A stretch of DNA of 64,000 bases from Octopus sinensis (taxonomy: Eukaryota), in the NCBI RefSeq assembly GCF_006345805.1, contig NC_043006.1, forward strand, positions 12,090,001 to 12,154,000. The letters run 5' to 3'. Made by a program: the position numbers and the translations under genes. This document shows, in pieces, positions 39,763 to 53,952 of the stretch; the first letter of the stretch is position 1; each line of letters begins with the position of its first letter. The notes beneath the pieces are model-generated. The model saw only the letters and a list, made by a program, of their open reading frames with translations. It made no database searches and was not told the origin of the DNA.

Positions 39763-40750
39763 TATATAGATATATACACACACACACACCTACACAAAAT
39801 TTGTTTTGTCAGGAGAACCCGGTTCAAACCCACATTCATTACTCTCCTTTAAAAGTTTTCTCTTTTATTATATTTTCTACTAAATTAAAATCGTTGATTC
39901 GATCATTTTACAATAGCAATGTTATTAGAAGCCTGATGGACACCCGTGAATCATTTACATTTACCTTTAACTGATAGACTTAATTCACAAAATCCATAAG
40001 CTTCCAAAGAGCTGTTCGATCGCTAAGCTTGAGACGTAGCTTCTCTCTTGATTGATATTATAATCCTTCTATTCACCCACAATCCACCAGGTATTGCATC
40101 AATAATAACAGTCATAATCCTCTTTCCACACAACGTTTCTGACCGGATGGTTATTAATCAAAGAAATAAAAAAATATATAATTAACGTAACACCAGAATG
40201 ATGTGGCGAAATACTTAGAGATGAATAGAAGACGAAATAGTTGCTACAGTAACACTATGTGTACCTCACTACCTCACTCTGCTGAAGTGAAAATACACAG
40301 TGTCCTTTTGTATCTACTCACAGAGATGTCAATAATTGACAGTGAAACACCGCTGTTGATTCAATTGACTCTATCTCATTGCAATACGAAAAGTGAACAT
40401 TGGCAAATCAAATTTATATTTTTCTAAAGGCATCAACGCCAATGAAAAGAAACTAACGTCTTCATTTTCTTACCATTCGAGGCCACGTTTTTCTGTAGGA
40501 AATCAATATTCCTTCAAGCCAACAACAAATCATTTAAATAGTCTCTGAAATGACTAGAAATAGCAGTGAAGTCTTTAAAAAATTCCTAATATATTACCTC
40601 ATGTAATGAAAGGACACCTTGTATAATAAAATGCTAGATATACTCTTAAAATCTCGAAATAACACGGGTAAATATTTTTGATTATAGATCTATTCAGCAA
40701 TGATTTAAAGCTAAACAAGAACAACATAAGAACAACAACAGTAACAATAA

Positions 40751-41168
40751 TGCTTAGCGGTATTTTTCCCCGGCCTTCTATGTTCTGAGTTCAAATTTCA
40801 CTGGGGTTAAATTTGCCTTTCAACTCTTCGCAGTCGATAAAAAAAATAAAGAACTAGGGGTAGAAGAACTGGGGACCAAGAACTGGGGTCGAAGTAATTG
40901 ATTTATCTACCCCTAAAAGTGACAAAATTTTAAAGAGTTATTATAATTACTAGGGTGGTGATTTTGGTGAACCTTTAGCGCGTCGGACAAACTGCAAGTG
41001 GCATTTATTCCAATTGTTTATGTTCTGAGTTTAAATTTCACGAGGTCCACTTTGCTTTTACTGTTTTCAGAGACATTAAAATAAACATTTGATCATTGGG
41101 GTTGATGTAATCGACTTGCCTCTTCCAAAAGTTTCAGACATTGTGTCTATGGTAGAGAGAACTATTAT
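40751..41168 (+). mobile_element. Two adjacent old SINE family A copies
   Basis: tgttctgagtt.aaattt and ggggt.ga.gtaat motifs, each present twice. Confidence 0.6.
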
Positions 41169-41258
41169 TCACGAAGATTTGTGCTACGCCCTACATGTGC
41201 CTTATGTTGTGTTGGCCCCTTTTTTGTTTTGTGTTCGGCTATTAAGGCCAAAAAAGAA

Positions 41259-41329
<71 letters not shown>

Positions 41330-41330
<1 letters not shown>

Positions 41331-41779
41331 GAGTGAGAGAGCAATGCATGCCATCAAAGTGACACTGGGGTAAAATATACGAATCCCAGTAAACCCATCA
41401 TGACTACCCGTCTGATAATGGTACACTAGGCACATGCATTACAACCATATGTGCGCGACATGATGATCTCATATCAAGATAAACAGTGCATGACCTTGCA
41501 GGTGAGGGGCCCAGTTAAAATTTTCTTCTGGTCGATAGCTCATCCTGCTCAAAAAGTCCCTGAATAAGAGCTGTTTAGGAATGTTGAACGAAACAGTCAT
41601 GCTTCCAGAGGTGGATTATTTAAACCTCAAAAAATTCCTCTCATCACATGGCTCTGATGCTCCCCTACTACTTCTTCTCATGATCAGAGATGCATATATC
41701 GTCAGCTACCTAGGGACATGCTCAACTGGATATGGTCAAACAACTGACAAGCAAATCTGTGGCATTGAGCAGAATATTT
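41330..41779 (-). mobile_element. Family D element in (TTA)n; probable R4/Dong-type 3' region or its SINE
   Basis: Homologous to 55098-55406. Shared end ..gctctctcactca runs into (ATA)n in both copies. Confidence 0.65.
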
Positions 41780-41793
41780 ATTATTATTATTAG

Positions 41794-41824
<31 letters not shown>

Positions 41825-43335
41825 TGTGCTGTTGTTGTGTAAAAACAAATTATCAACTGGTAAAAATATAAAGATTTGTATCCAGCCAAATTATAAATAT
41901 CTGCATTAATTTTTACGGTCCATTAAATAATATTTGTTAAAAATTTGTCACATGTCTTCTTTTCACACTCTATTTATTGCGACATCGATTGATTCATATC
42001 AGCTCTTTTGTATGCTGATATTTCAACCAAATCGTCCAATCACCAATGTTACATTTATTAACTTGTCAGACTTTAAAAAAATGCTGCAACGAATAAAACC
42101 ATCTTCAAATCACAGTCTCCGTAGTTATTTTTATTGAACGTAGTCTTCTAAAACATAATATTTTTAATGTTTGGTTCTGGAGTTGAACTTTATACAATAT
42201 GTCATGAATGTAATGAAAATTATTATAACTAAATGTGATAAATGTATTGAAACGAAATATTTTAGTTGCATCATATAACTATTGCCAATTTTAACCAAAT
42301 AAATAATATACATCAACTGAAGAAATTGCATAAAGCGACGAAGCTGTTTTAGAAAAACGAAATATTATATGTTGCCAAAAGGCATGTGTTCTTTCAATTT
42401 AGGTTTTTTTCTCTTGTTCTTTCCTGAAGTTGTTGACATTATTAAAATCAAGTTTGGAAGCAAAAAAAAAAAAAAAAAAGCGTTAGTTGAAGAGCTGATA
42501 TTTAATTTTTTCAGCATTAATGTAAATTTTAATGTAATCTCATAAAATAGTGAATTCTATAAAATTAATAGTTTACCGTGTTTTACTAACATCGTTTTCC
42601 CGAAATTTGATTTGTAAAAATGCAAATTTCTGCGTTTTTTTTTTTAATAGCTCAGAATTCGATGCATGAAGAGTTTGCGTGTTGAGTAATGACTAATGTA
42701 TGACATTAAAACTAAATTTCTCAAGCGCATGACTCTTTTATTTCGGGGCAGGCTTCGAGAGTACCCTATTTCTTCGTAAATATCTAACGCTACTAGATAC
42801 GGTGGATGATGAAATTAACAGGGTACCCAATGAAATGCTTCCAGCACATAGTTAATTACCCTTTAGGTTTAACTACCCCCGGGCTTGATAAAACATTTAA
42901 TGTTTCAGTAGTAGATGAAACAAACATCAGACAATAATTGACGTTAGCTTCATCGACTATTTTCAACTCAACATATACTGACCTATGAAAGCTAAGTATA
43001 TAAATGTACCGATGTCTTTACGACAATCGATTTATGTCTTTTGTCTTTTCCTTATTTCTGTCATTGGACTGCAGCTATACTGGGGTACCACCTTGAACTG
43101 TTCTAGTTGAATAAATCTATCTCAGTGCATATATTTTTAGAAGAATTCCGGTACTTATTCAATGGGTCATTTTCGTTTTACCTTTAAATTAAGGCGGCAT
43201 AAAATCACCGGTGGCGATTGGAAACAAACACAAACATAGACGCATCTCACTCCCTCTCTCTCTCTCTCTCTCTCTCTGCACACACACACACACATACATT
43301 TATAAAGGTATATATATATAAATATGACGGGCGAG

Positions 43336-43563
43336 GTGGCGAGCTGGTAGAACCGTTAGCACGCCGGGCGAAATGCGTAGCCGTATTTCGTCTGCCGTTA
43401 CGTTCTGAGTTCAAATTCCGCCGAGGTCGACTTTGCCTTTCATCCTTTCGGGGTCGATAAATTAAGTACCAGTTACTCACTGGAGTCGATGTAATCGACT
43501 TAATTCGTTTGTCTGTCCTTGATTGTCCCCTCTATGTTTAGCCCCTTGTGGGTAATAAAGAAA
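43336..43563 (+). mobile_element. SINE family A monomer, nested within a diverged minus-strand family C copy (~43040-43725)
   Basis: Consensus-like copy. Family C pieces on both sides; atatgacgggc occurs on both sides. Confidence 0.85.
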
Positions 43564-44975
43564 CATATATATATATGACGGGCTTCTTTCAGTTTCTGTC
43601 CACAAAATCCTCTTAAAAGGCTTTCGTTGGCTCGGGGCTATAGCAAAATCACTTGCCTCAGGTACCACACCGATTAACTAAATCCGGAACCATGTGGTTG
43701 GGAAGCAAGCTTCTAATCCCGCAACCACGAACTCTTTAGAGAATGGCGCAGTATTTTTCAGTTCGATAATTACATAAGAAAGTAAGACTTAATGGTATCC
43801 GTTGAGTGTATATTTCTAATTGATATTTATGAAGATAATTAGCAAAGGGATTTTGAGGTTTTCATATCCTTTGTTCTACAATTTTGCGAACTTATATGCT
43901 TTCAGGGTGTGTTTTATCATTTTAGTAGATTAATATATTAGTAATACGGTTTCAAAAATGCCGTAAACATTTTAAATATCATTTAAAGAATTTCAGCATT
44001 GCCATTAATAGAATTACCCAGAGACTAAGTTTTGTTAAAGAGAGAATGCTTAATGAAAACTCACCTCATTTGAGATTCATTCTATCTTTTATCACATTTA
44101 ATATATTAATATATTTGTTTCATTACTTTGTATTTAAAATATACTGTTTATTATAGTATTTATGAGAGTAAATGATTCTGTGTATTACTTTATTATATGT
44201 CTAATACGCAGTTCGTCTTCCTAATGGTCAATATATATAAAGTTAATGGATGTTACCAATGAGAAATTTCAATTTATAAATTATGGCCATTAAAGCTCAC
44301 TTATCTCACAAAATAAATATCATTCAATACAAAGTTTGCTAAATCTCTATCTACTGGCATTGTTAATCGAATCACGGGACGGAAGGATATCGAATTACGC
44401 ACATGAGCACCATTTTCTTGTTGCCGCAACTAAGAAATAAGTTACATATTTGACCTTTTGTCAGTGAAGCGTAAACATTTACAACATTATTCCTTTAGAA
44501 ATCCCTTCATATGTAGCAATTTCATTGATCAATGCATTACATCTAGGAAATTAAAAGAAAAACGCGTAATGATGACTATAATATGAGGATTAAGTTTAGA
44601 TTAACTAGCTTAATGAATTTATCATGCTTCAGAGGCCTTGTGTTCTAAGTACGTATCATCCCCATACACAATATCTGTCGAGTAGTAGCTTGATCTTCAC
44701 AATGCAACATAGACATTGAAAAGAGATTCAATGCATTTGAAGCATAGGTTTCATAGAGATGTTATATGCTGATATAATTATTATATCAATAGATTTCGCA
44801 CAATAAGGAAGCAATAAATATATCAAAGTATTTATGAATCGTTGGGAAATTAGATTAAAAAATGAAAACATATTTTCATAAAGTTCTCTAAAATGGGTTT
44901 ATACCAGATGAGAGTGTCTACCCATTCTTTCTTTCACACTGATTACCAGAGAAAAATATTCGACTTACAACAGCT

Positions 44976-45007
<32 letters not shown>

Positions 45008-45126
45008 ATATACACATATATAGAAACACGCACATACACATATGCAGGTCTCTTAATTATCTCTCTAACTATCTATATAGATAATACTATTATATATGAA
45101 TGTATATCTATGTTCTATGTGTGTGT

Positions 45127-45158
<32 letters not shown>

Positions 45159-45709
45159 GAGATTGATAGATAGCTGTTTACATATAGATACGTATGCGTA
45201 TAATTATATGTATATATAACATACCATATAATACGCACACACACACACATATATATATAATATATATATATATATAATTTTTATATATATATATATTTAT
45301 GTACAACGAGTTATAATTAGAGAACTATGAAGTACTTATGTTACAATGTTTGAATATTTAACAAAAATATTTTAACAATCTTTAGGACACAGAAGCTTAT
45401 TGATTTTCGCTATATCCATTGTGTGTTAATGGGTTAGCTATTGACGTTACCTACTTTTCCGTCGTTCGGAATCTAGAAAAGTCTAACCTTTAAGGTTATC
45501 AATAAAAAGACGCGTCCCGATGTACCAGTAATCTAATAATTCTTTACAACTTTCCGTTTGTTTGTCCTGTCAAAACAGTCACAATTAGTTATTGTTCTTA
45601 TTGTTATTATAAACTTTAGCGAAAAGAATATAAATATTATTTTTTCCCCCTTATCGAAAGGAAGTTGGTTTCCTTAAAATAACATATAACTACATACGAA
45701 CATACAGAG

Positions 45710-45714
45710 ACATA

Positions 45715-45779
<65 letters not shown>

Positions 45780-46190
45780 TGTATATATATGTGTGTGTGT
45801 GTGTGTGCATGCGTGTGTGTGTGTATGTATATACAAATACATATGTATATACATATATATCTATATATATATGCATATATATATGTATATATATATATAT
45901 ACATATATGTATACATATGTATATATATATATACATATATATATTTATACATATATATATATATATATATACACACATAAACAGACACACGCACACACAT
46001 ATATGTATATATATGTATATATATGTATATATATATATATCTCTGTGTGTGTGTGTGTGTGTATATAAATGAACACAAAAACTATATATATAGACATATA
46101 TTCACAGACACACACACACACACACACACATATATACACATACATACACTCACACATACGCATAGACAGACACGTGTGTGTGTGTGTGTG
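45710..46190. repeat. (AT)n/(GT)n/(CA)n compound microsatellite
   Basis: Directly visible. Confidence 0.95.
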
Positions 46191-46277
46191 AGCTAAGTGT
46201 ATTTACTCCTATTTTATGAAAACAAAAACGAACGCGTGGAAAGCAGCCAAAACTAAAGCATCTACATTTATTGCTTA

Positions 46278-46674
46278 CTAGCAGTATCGCCCGGCGTTGC
46301 TCGGGTTTGTAAGGGAAATAACTATATAAGCATTTTTAGAGATGTATAGTATAATAGCCATCTCAATATGGCTAACCACAAAGGAGGGGGATGTTACTGT
46401 AGCATTTTATGTTCTAAGATTTAATAATAATTTTTTAGAGAGTTACTTCCCTTATATATGCCAAGAATGCATTGAAATGGGAATAATTGATGGTAATTTT
46501 TTTTTTTAATCGTAGACTCATCGAAGACGCGCGCTAATACCCAGAACGGCTCGATATGAATCACGACTGTAAGATACCCGGTTTTGGTTAAACTGCACCG
46601 CAAAATGTGGGAGTAGTTAGGAATCTAAATCGTATGAGACAGACAGCACACAACCCCTCTTTTATATATAAAGA
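46278..46674 (-). mobile_element. Non-autonomous Helitron, full length
   Basis: 5' TCTTTATATATAAAA, 3' hairpin cccgagcaacgccggg then CTAG, inserted between A and T, no TSD. Three copies in the window. Confidence 0.9.
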
Positions 46675-47481
46675 TATATTAACACATATATTTCCATATA
46701 TGCTTTCAATGCGTCTAAGTAAATATTCCAAAGTAAGCTGAACAGACTAGTTTTTGATGTAACTGACTTCTAGAGATGACATTTAGCGTTCGCTTCCAAC
46801 AATGTTCCTATAAGAAATCTCTTCCACATACAACTTGGTTGTATCATGTATGGAGGTGTTATCATATAAATTGTAAATTATATTTCTGGGTACTTAAGTT
46901 TGTTTATATTTCGTGTTTGGATTTGGTTTGCAAGATTATTTATATGAGTTTGTGTGTTGAAGCATATTCTGTGGTGTGTGGGGAGAGGCATTTTCTTTTT
47001 GTGTCTTATAATGTAACACACTCACCGGTAAAATTTGAAATTTGCTTAATAGTAGTGCATTCGTTAGCATATATTTGTCCGCCATATTTACAAAGAGACT
47101 GGAGATATGTTCATGCATGAAACTATAAATGAGACGGAATACAGTGTTTGAGAGAGAAAGAGAGGAGCGACACTGGTGGAAACGCCTTCGTATATAACCA
47201 CTGTATACATTAATCTGTGATGGTAAGAGACCGTTCGCGTAAAATGTGCGTGTGCTGTTTCAAGTGGTGTTGAAAGAGAATGTGGTTTGTTTCGATCGAG
47301 AGTGCCATTAAGTAGAGGAGCGTAACTGAAGAACAATTGGTTGTAGGATTTTGTAAAGTTGGTAGAGATCTTGGCAGAATCTTTATAAACGCTGCTAGAG
47401 AATGTGTGTTAATCTATAACGATTATTTCATATATTGCCGGAGCTCCGTAATAAAATTTATATATATACATATATGTACAC

Positions 47482-48565
47482 AGTAGCTGGTGTACCCGGT
47501 AATTCCCGGGGGTAAAGATGTTCTATTAAAACATTTATTACTCTGATATAAGAAAGCAATTTCGTTATAACTGCCACAAAAGGTGTATTTTCCGTCAAGA
47601 AAAAGTACAAAATACTGTCAGCTGGAGAAGGGAGAGATTGTCGGAGGCTGGTGAGAGAAGTTGTCGGGGGTTGGTGAGAGGCAAAGACATTATTCAGCTA
47701 AGAGAAAGGCATCTGGGAAATGTATAACTGCTGTCATTCACAGAAAAATTATTGTTTCACCGTGAGAAAAGCACCGTTAGAGTGTTGAGTGAAATTTGGC
47801 AAAGTAGAATCGAATCCACGCTATGCCTGCATGAAGCCACTACAGATACGTTGTAGAATAAACAAATTATCTGCTGTCATGGAAAAAAGTGTAACTGTAA
47901 AAATGCAGAATTATCGGAGTAATGAGCGTTTAAAAAAGTATGTATGTATAGAAATGCATGACTGAAGTGCAATAATAATGTTTAGCAGTTCAAAACTGTG
48001 AATAGCGAAATGCAGAATTAGGTCGGTTGATCGTGAGAATAAAATATTTATCGCTTCGCTACAATCTGCAGGTGGTATGGGTTATTTCCCTTGGGTTGTT
48101 TAAATTAAATAGTAATATGTAGTAGATAGAAGGATCCATTGGAAGGGCCATATTAACGATTTTTTGTCACGAGGTTTCCAGACATGAGTTCTACTCACGT
48201 GTCAAATAAAGTATAAAAGTGATATTGTCTGCAAAAATTAGAAACAGGACACAAAACATCAATATTCAAAGTAATCGAGCATAAAAAAAGAAATGGGTTA
48301 TTTCCCGTGAGTGTTAAAAAAATATTGTACAGGTGGTATGGGTTATTTCCCTTGGGTGTTTAAAACAATTAGCTATATGAGGTAGATATAAAGTTCCCTT
48401 CCAGGGGCCGTAATATCGACTTTTTCAACGATCTAAGTATGTCACAAGGTTTCCAGACATGTGTTCTACTCACGTATCAAGTTTCATCAAAATCAGTGAA
48501 ACGATGTAGGAGGCGTTAGCTAACAACGCCACAAACACACACCGATTTCCCACATATGTATATAT
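47482..48565 (-). mobile_element. Second non-autonomous Helitron-like family with internal ~265-bp duplication
   Basis: Minus-strand 3' hairpin cccgggaattaccggg then agctac (diverged CTAG). 5' region gtgtgtttgt..gattttgatgaaactt. caggtggtatgggttatttcccttggg at ~48069 and ~48330. Confidence 0.55.
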
Positions 48566-49199
48566 ACATATATACATATATATTACACACATATATATAT
48601 ATATATACATACATATTACATACATTAAAATCACACACAACACTCATACACACACACACGTATATGTGGTCTCATATGTAGACGTATCTTGTTTGATGTT
48701 TGAATCAATATTAGCGGTAGGTAGTTTCTCACGTCACATTTTCTCCATTAACAAATGATGGATTAAATGGCAACTTTGGATTAGATGGTGACTTTTGTTT
48801 ATGAGAGATTTGCTGTTAAGTGCGTTGAAATTTCATCTGGCTGTTCGCTTTGCATTCGAGAGTTCAATGTCGAATAGCGAAATTGATATTTGTCTCGATA
48901 GCCACTGTTGGCACAGCATGATCCACTCATCACAAACTTAGATCTTCTCCTGTGGTAGAATATGCACAAAATTATCAACGCATATCCCCTCTCCCGGCAA
49001 ACACACACTTGGATATCGGAATAACAATACTTTTCTGTGTAACCAATATTATTTATAAATACTCATAATTCTGTCATATTTTTTCACAAATAGATTATTA
49101 TCTAGCGTTGACAGTATTTCGGTAGGTACTTATCAAAAGGTATTCATAATCTGAACCCATTTATTCTCTTAGAATTTCCAAATGTACTGTTGTATAATT

Positions 49200-49850
49200 T
49201 TAGCTCTGGAATTTTAAAATTGAACGATATAATCCAATGTTTTCAGAAAATGCACTTTACATAGAGTCGTCTTACAAAGTAAGCGGTATCCGATTGTTAT
49301 CCGATTCAGTTGTAATCAGAGGCCTGCTTGATTATTTTAGTATTCAGCTGTCTTCCTATTTAGTAAAGCCCTTCTATAATCCTAGTATACACACAAATTT
49401 TGTCATTGTTTGCTCGGGTTCTTTTCTTTTTCTATTATATTTGCTTTTAGGACCTGAAATCCCATTTTATATCATATTTATTTAATTCCATTTTTACAAC
49501 GGTTTATTGATTCTTCTGTGTATCAACGTCAAGTTGAATCTTTTTCTTGGAAAAGTTATTCTATATTAGAGTTGCGATGTAGCTTATTGATAAAGTTCTA
49601 CTGATATTAATCCTTCCCAACCCTACCATATATTTAGCCTCTCCATCATATCTTTTCTGATTCCATTCTGCAGTGGAATTTCCATTATCCGGGAAGAGTA
49701 GCATATCATGATTCAATAGTTGGTATTTCCTTTCTTTTCAGCAACATCACTTGTATTATCGGGATAGGACGAGCTTCTTTCAATATGTTTATAATATTCT
49801 TGAATTAATTAATAAATCATTATTTTGCTGCATTGCTTTGAAATATTACA
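49200..49850 (-). mobile_element. Possible second, very decayed R4/Dong-like LINE fragment
   Basis: Minus-strand MERLNIW*GWEGLISVE resembles the R4-clade ERLY..GGRGL motif. Other motifs are weak. Confidence 0.3.
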
Positions 49851-50329
49851 CTTCATTTAGAACAACCATTTAGATTTTTTTTTTTGTGTAATTTATGTGA
49901 AATCGTTTCAATGTTATCAATATTTTTAATGTTATTAAAAATGATAATACTGATTTTTATATTCAGGCAGATAACGCATTTTCCTTTCTTTTAGTTTTAC
50001 CATCATTGCATTCGGCCTAATTTCAGTTAATGCTGGAATGAAATTAAGAAACGCTATTTTAAAAGAAATCGGAGCAACGAATTCAGAATCGTTAGCGCTG
50101 CAACAACGGAAATAGAAATAATTAGCGGGATTCTAGGAAATTCCATGGTTTATAAATATTCTCGTTCTATTTTGATTGAATAAAAATATTGTTCTTCAAA
50201 ATATTTCATACTTTTGAAAGGTTCCATTTACGTCGTTGATTTTGCTATATAAAGTTTGTTCTTCTAATAATAACAATAATTACACTCCCTCAATTACAAA
50301 GACAGACACACGCACACACATATATGTAT

Positions 50330-50438
<109 letters not shown>

Positions 50439-50451
50439 TAATATATATATC

Positions 50452-50484
<33 letters not shown>

Positions 50485-50510
50485 TATACATATATATATA
50501 TATATAATAT

Positions 50511-50542
<32 letters not shown>

Positions 50543-50566
50543 CATATATATATACATATATATATA

Positions 50567-52517
50567 TATAACTTAGAATAACTTAGAAAGGTTTTGGCCA
50601 GTATTGGCCCAGGACATGTCTAACTTAATAGCACCACCTGGCGAAGTCTTTCAGTTCAGGATTTGGGCACCAAGGCCCATTCGAGCAGAGAGTTATTGTT
50701 TGCGGAGACATATCCGGGTGTGGGTGGTTTGTCCGGTACTGTTTGAAGGAATTTGTCCAAAGACTTCTTGAATTTTGTGTGGTCAGTTTCTTTTTTGACG
50801 TGTCCTGGTGTAATGTTGAAGAGAGCGGGTCCAATTGAGGTGAAATAGTTGTGCCGTATTGTCGTTATGTGATGCGATTTAGATTTTTGTTGTGGACGGA
50901 TGGCACGTGGTCCAAGCCTTGGATGCATTTTGAAGGTGATGCCAACATCATTCGGACAATTTCAGCTTCTCTAGTCTACCCCAGTAGTCAAGGTCTGACA
51001 TGCCATCTATCTTTTTTGCGATTGACCTTTGGGGAGCTTCAATTCTCATAATATTTTTTTTTGTGTAGAGAGACCACAGTGGACAGCAGTATTCAAGGTG
51101 GGGTCGGGCAAAAGTGGAGAAGAGAAGGATAATAGTGTGGGAATCTCTCGACTGGAAGGTTCTGAGAATCCAGGAACACATTCTGCGGGCCATGTCAACT
51201 TTGCTGCTTATATGTGTAGCCCAGCTTATGTTGTTGTCCACTGTTACTCCCAGGTCTCTGATGTTGTTGGATGTCATGAGAATTTCTCCAGAAGGAAGAG
51301 AGTATGGGTGTTTCAGAGCGTCCTCCCTTCCAAAGTGGATCAGTTCGAATTTGTCTTCATTTAGCAACATGTTATTCTTTTCCGCCCATTGGACAACAGC
51401 CAGTAGGTCTGACTGAAGGTTTATTCGGTCATCCACGCCATTGATGACCTTCTGTAGCTTGGAATCATCAGCGAAGGTTCTGATGTTACTGTGTTTGATG
51501 GTGTCAGTAATATCATTTATGTAGATGATGAAGAGAAGTGGGCCCAACACAGTGCCTTGTGGGACACCACTGCTGACTTTGGCTGGGCTGGATTTGACTC
51601 CTTCGACTACAACATGTTGGGTTCTGTTAGACAGGAAGCAGTTGATCCACTGCAGCAGCTTTCCAGTGACACCAATATTGGACAGCTTTCTCAGAAGGAT
51701 CTTATGATCAACCCTGTCAAAGGCCTTGCTGAAATCAAGGTAGATGACATCAGTGTTGGAACCTTCTCCCAAGGCTCTCAAAATGTCATCAAAATGATGC
51801 AGTAGCTGCGTCAGGCAATCTCTCCCATTACGGAATCCATGCTGGTTGGGGTTCAGCATATTATGACTCTCAAGGAAGTGAGTCATACGCGATCTCAGCA
51901 CCCTCTCAAATACCTTGATGATATGAGAGGTGAGTGAGATTGGACGGTAATTCACGGCAAGCGATTTGTTTCCTTTTTTGAAAACTGGGACAACGGACTG
52001 GGATATATCCAGCATCCAGTGAGTTCCGCCACAGATTGGCTAGAGGGGGTGCAAGTTGGTTTTGACACATCTTCAAGACACAAGCAGGGAACCTATCGGG
52101 ACCTACTGCTGAATTATGCTTCATTTCCTTTATTGCTGCTAAGACATCAGGAGCGCCAAATGTTATGTCCGATAAAGTGTATTGGGGAGTAACATCACTG
52201 ATACAGCCCAGATCAGTCATATCAGGATTGCTGAAAACAGAGCAATATTGTTTCTGCAATATCTCTCCCATGGTTTTGGCATTGTCTTGAAGAGTACCAT
52301 TTTCATCAATCAGAGGGCCAACAGTAGAACCAGTGACTCTGTGTTTTTTTTTGCAAATGGAAAGAACAATTTGGGATTGAGTTTGATCTTCTCAATGGCC
52401 CAGGCCTCTTCAGCTCTTCGCTGACTATTGATGATAGACATCATGTTGTTTTGGAGTTTATGTTTTTTAATCTCTAGCGACGACGAGATGGCAGTCAGGT
52501 TGGTGTGTTGCTGTTGA
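50567..52517 (-). mobile_element. 5'-truncated CR1-like LINE; reverse-transcriptase pseudogene with frameshifts
   Basis: ORF 50948-52015 has YRPISLTS, QHGFR, YLDFSKAFD, GVPQGTVLGPLLF, FADD, RDLGV, RPHLEYC. ORF2 continues in other frames (GPDRFPACVLK, FKKSLDKFLQTVPD). 3' tail is a tandem ttctaagtta repeat. Inserted in (AT)n. Confidence 0.93.
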
Positions 52518-52542
52518 AATATATATATATATATATATACTG

Positions 52543-52751
52543 TCAACAGCAACACACCAACCTGACTGCCATCTCGTCGTCGCTAGAGATTAAAAAACAT
52601 AAACTCCAAAACAACATGATGTCTATCATCAATAGTCAGCGAAGAGCTGAAGAGGCCTGGGCCATTGAGAAGATCAAACTCAATCCCAAATTGTTCTTTC
52701 CATTTGCAAAAAAACACAGAGTCACTGGTTCTACTGTTGGCCCTCTGATTG

Positions 52752-52754
<3 letters not shown>
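52543..52754 (+). repeat. Inverted duplicate of the LINE 5' end (52304-52517)
   Basis: Reverse complement except for a T9 versus A7 homopolymer; 25-nt AT-rich spacer. Confidence 0.95.
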
Positions 52755-52792
<38 letters not shown>

Positions 52793-52793
52793 A

Positions 52794-53023
52794 GGTGGTG
52801 AGCTGGCAGAAACGTTAGCACGCCGGGTGAAATGCTTAGCGGTATTTCGTCTGCGTTACGTTGTGAGTTCAAATTCCGCCGAGGTCGACTTTGCCTTTCA
52901 TCCTTTCGGGGTCGATAAATTAAGCACCAGTTACGCACTGGGGTCGATGTAATCGACTTAATACCTATGTCTGTCATTGTTTGTCCCCTCTGTGTTTAGC
53001 CCCTTGTGGGTAATAAAGAAATA
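52794..53023 (+). mobile_element. SINE family A monomer
   Basis: Consensus-like. Confidence 0.9.
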
Positions 53024-53065
53024 GGTGTTGTACAAACTTGCATTAAACTACCAAAGAAAAAAATT

Positions 53066-53240
53066 GTTGATTCAAATTTTAGCACAAGAGTCGCAATTTT
53101 AGGAAGACGAGGGTAAGTCGGTTGCATCAGCCCCAGTGCTTGATTGGTACTTTATTTTATGGATTCCGAGATCATTAAAGAGAGGATTGACCTAGAATGC
53201 AAATAGCCGGAATAAATGATGCAAACTACTCGTCTGACGC
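53066..53240 (-). mobile_element. Old SINE family A, type-2 tail
   Basis: ccccagtgct..tggtactttatt and ttcaaattttagcacaag homology. Confidence 0.55.
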
Positions 53241-53696
53241 TCCTGATCAATAGTGTTGCTGCTGCACCTTTCTGTTTGTTATTGCTGCTGTTGCAGTGGT
53301 GGTGGTTGTGGTTAAGCAACAAGACGGGTAAGGGTGATTAGGTGATGGTTTAGGACTTAGGGGCGGGAAATCTCAGACCTTTGAAAGAAAAAAAACTTTG
53401 GTCGTCTTGTAGTCGAGGGCTCTTCGGTGACACCCGACACCATTGGGAGGTGGCCCTCGAAGTCGATGGAGATGGAGATCTCCAGGTTCAAATTCTTGGA
53501 CGGCTGCTGCTGTTGTTGCCGATGGCGCTAATGATGATAACGGTATTGATGACGTTATTTATTTCACCCAGAGTCTCACTAATATTCTCTAGCATTTTCT
53601 TTTTGTTCATATTGGTGTTGCTATTTTTGATTTTTCAACCATTCTTCTTTTGGTTGTTTTGTTTTTGTTTGTTCTTTCTCGAGCCACGCCTGGTTC

Positions 53697-53952
53697 ATAA
53701 GGGCCGGTTTCCCGGTTTCCTTGGCGTATAGGTTTCCCACCTGGACGGGGCGCCGGTCCGTCGCAGGTGAGCTGCAAGATGCAGGAGGAAAGAGTGAGAG
53801 AAAGTTGTGGCGAAAGAGTCAGCAGAAGCTTCGCCATTACCTTCTGCCGGAGCCGCGTGGAGCTTAGGTGTTTCACTCATAAACACATACATCGCCAGGT
53901 CTAAGATTCGAACCCGTGATCCCTCGACCGGGAGTCCGCTGCTCTAACCACA
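53697..53952 (-). mobile_element. SINE family B-related subfamily with a different 3' tail
   Basis: Shares tRNA head and aagagtgagagaaagttgtgg..ccggagcc.cgtggagctt with family B; distinct tail. Confidence 0.8.
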
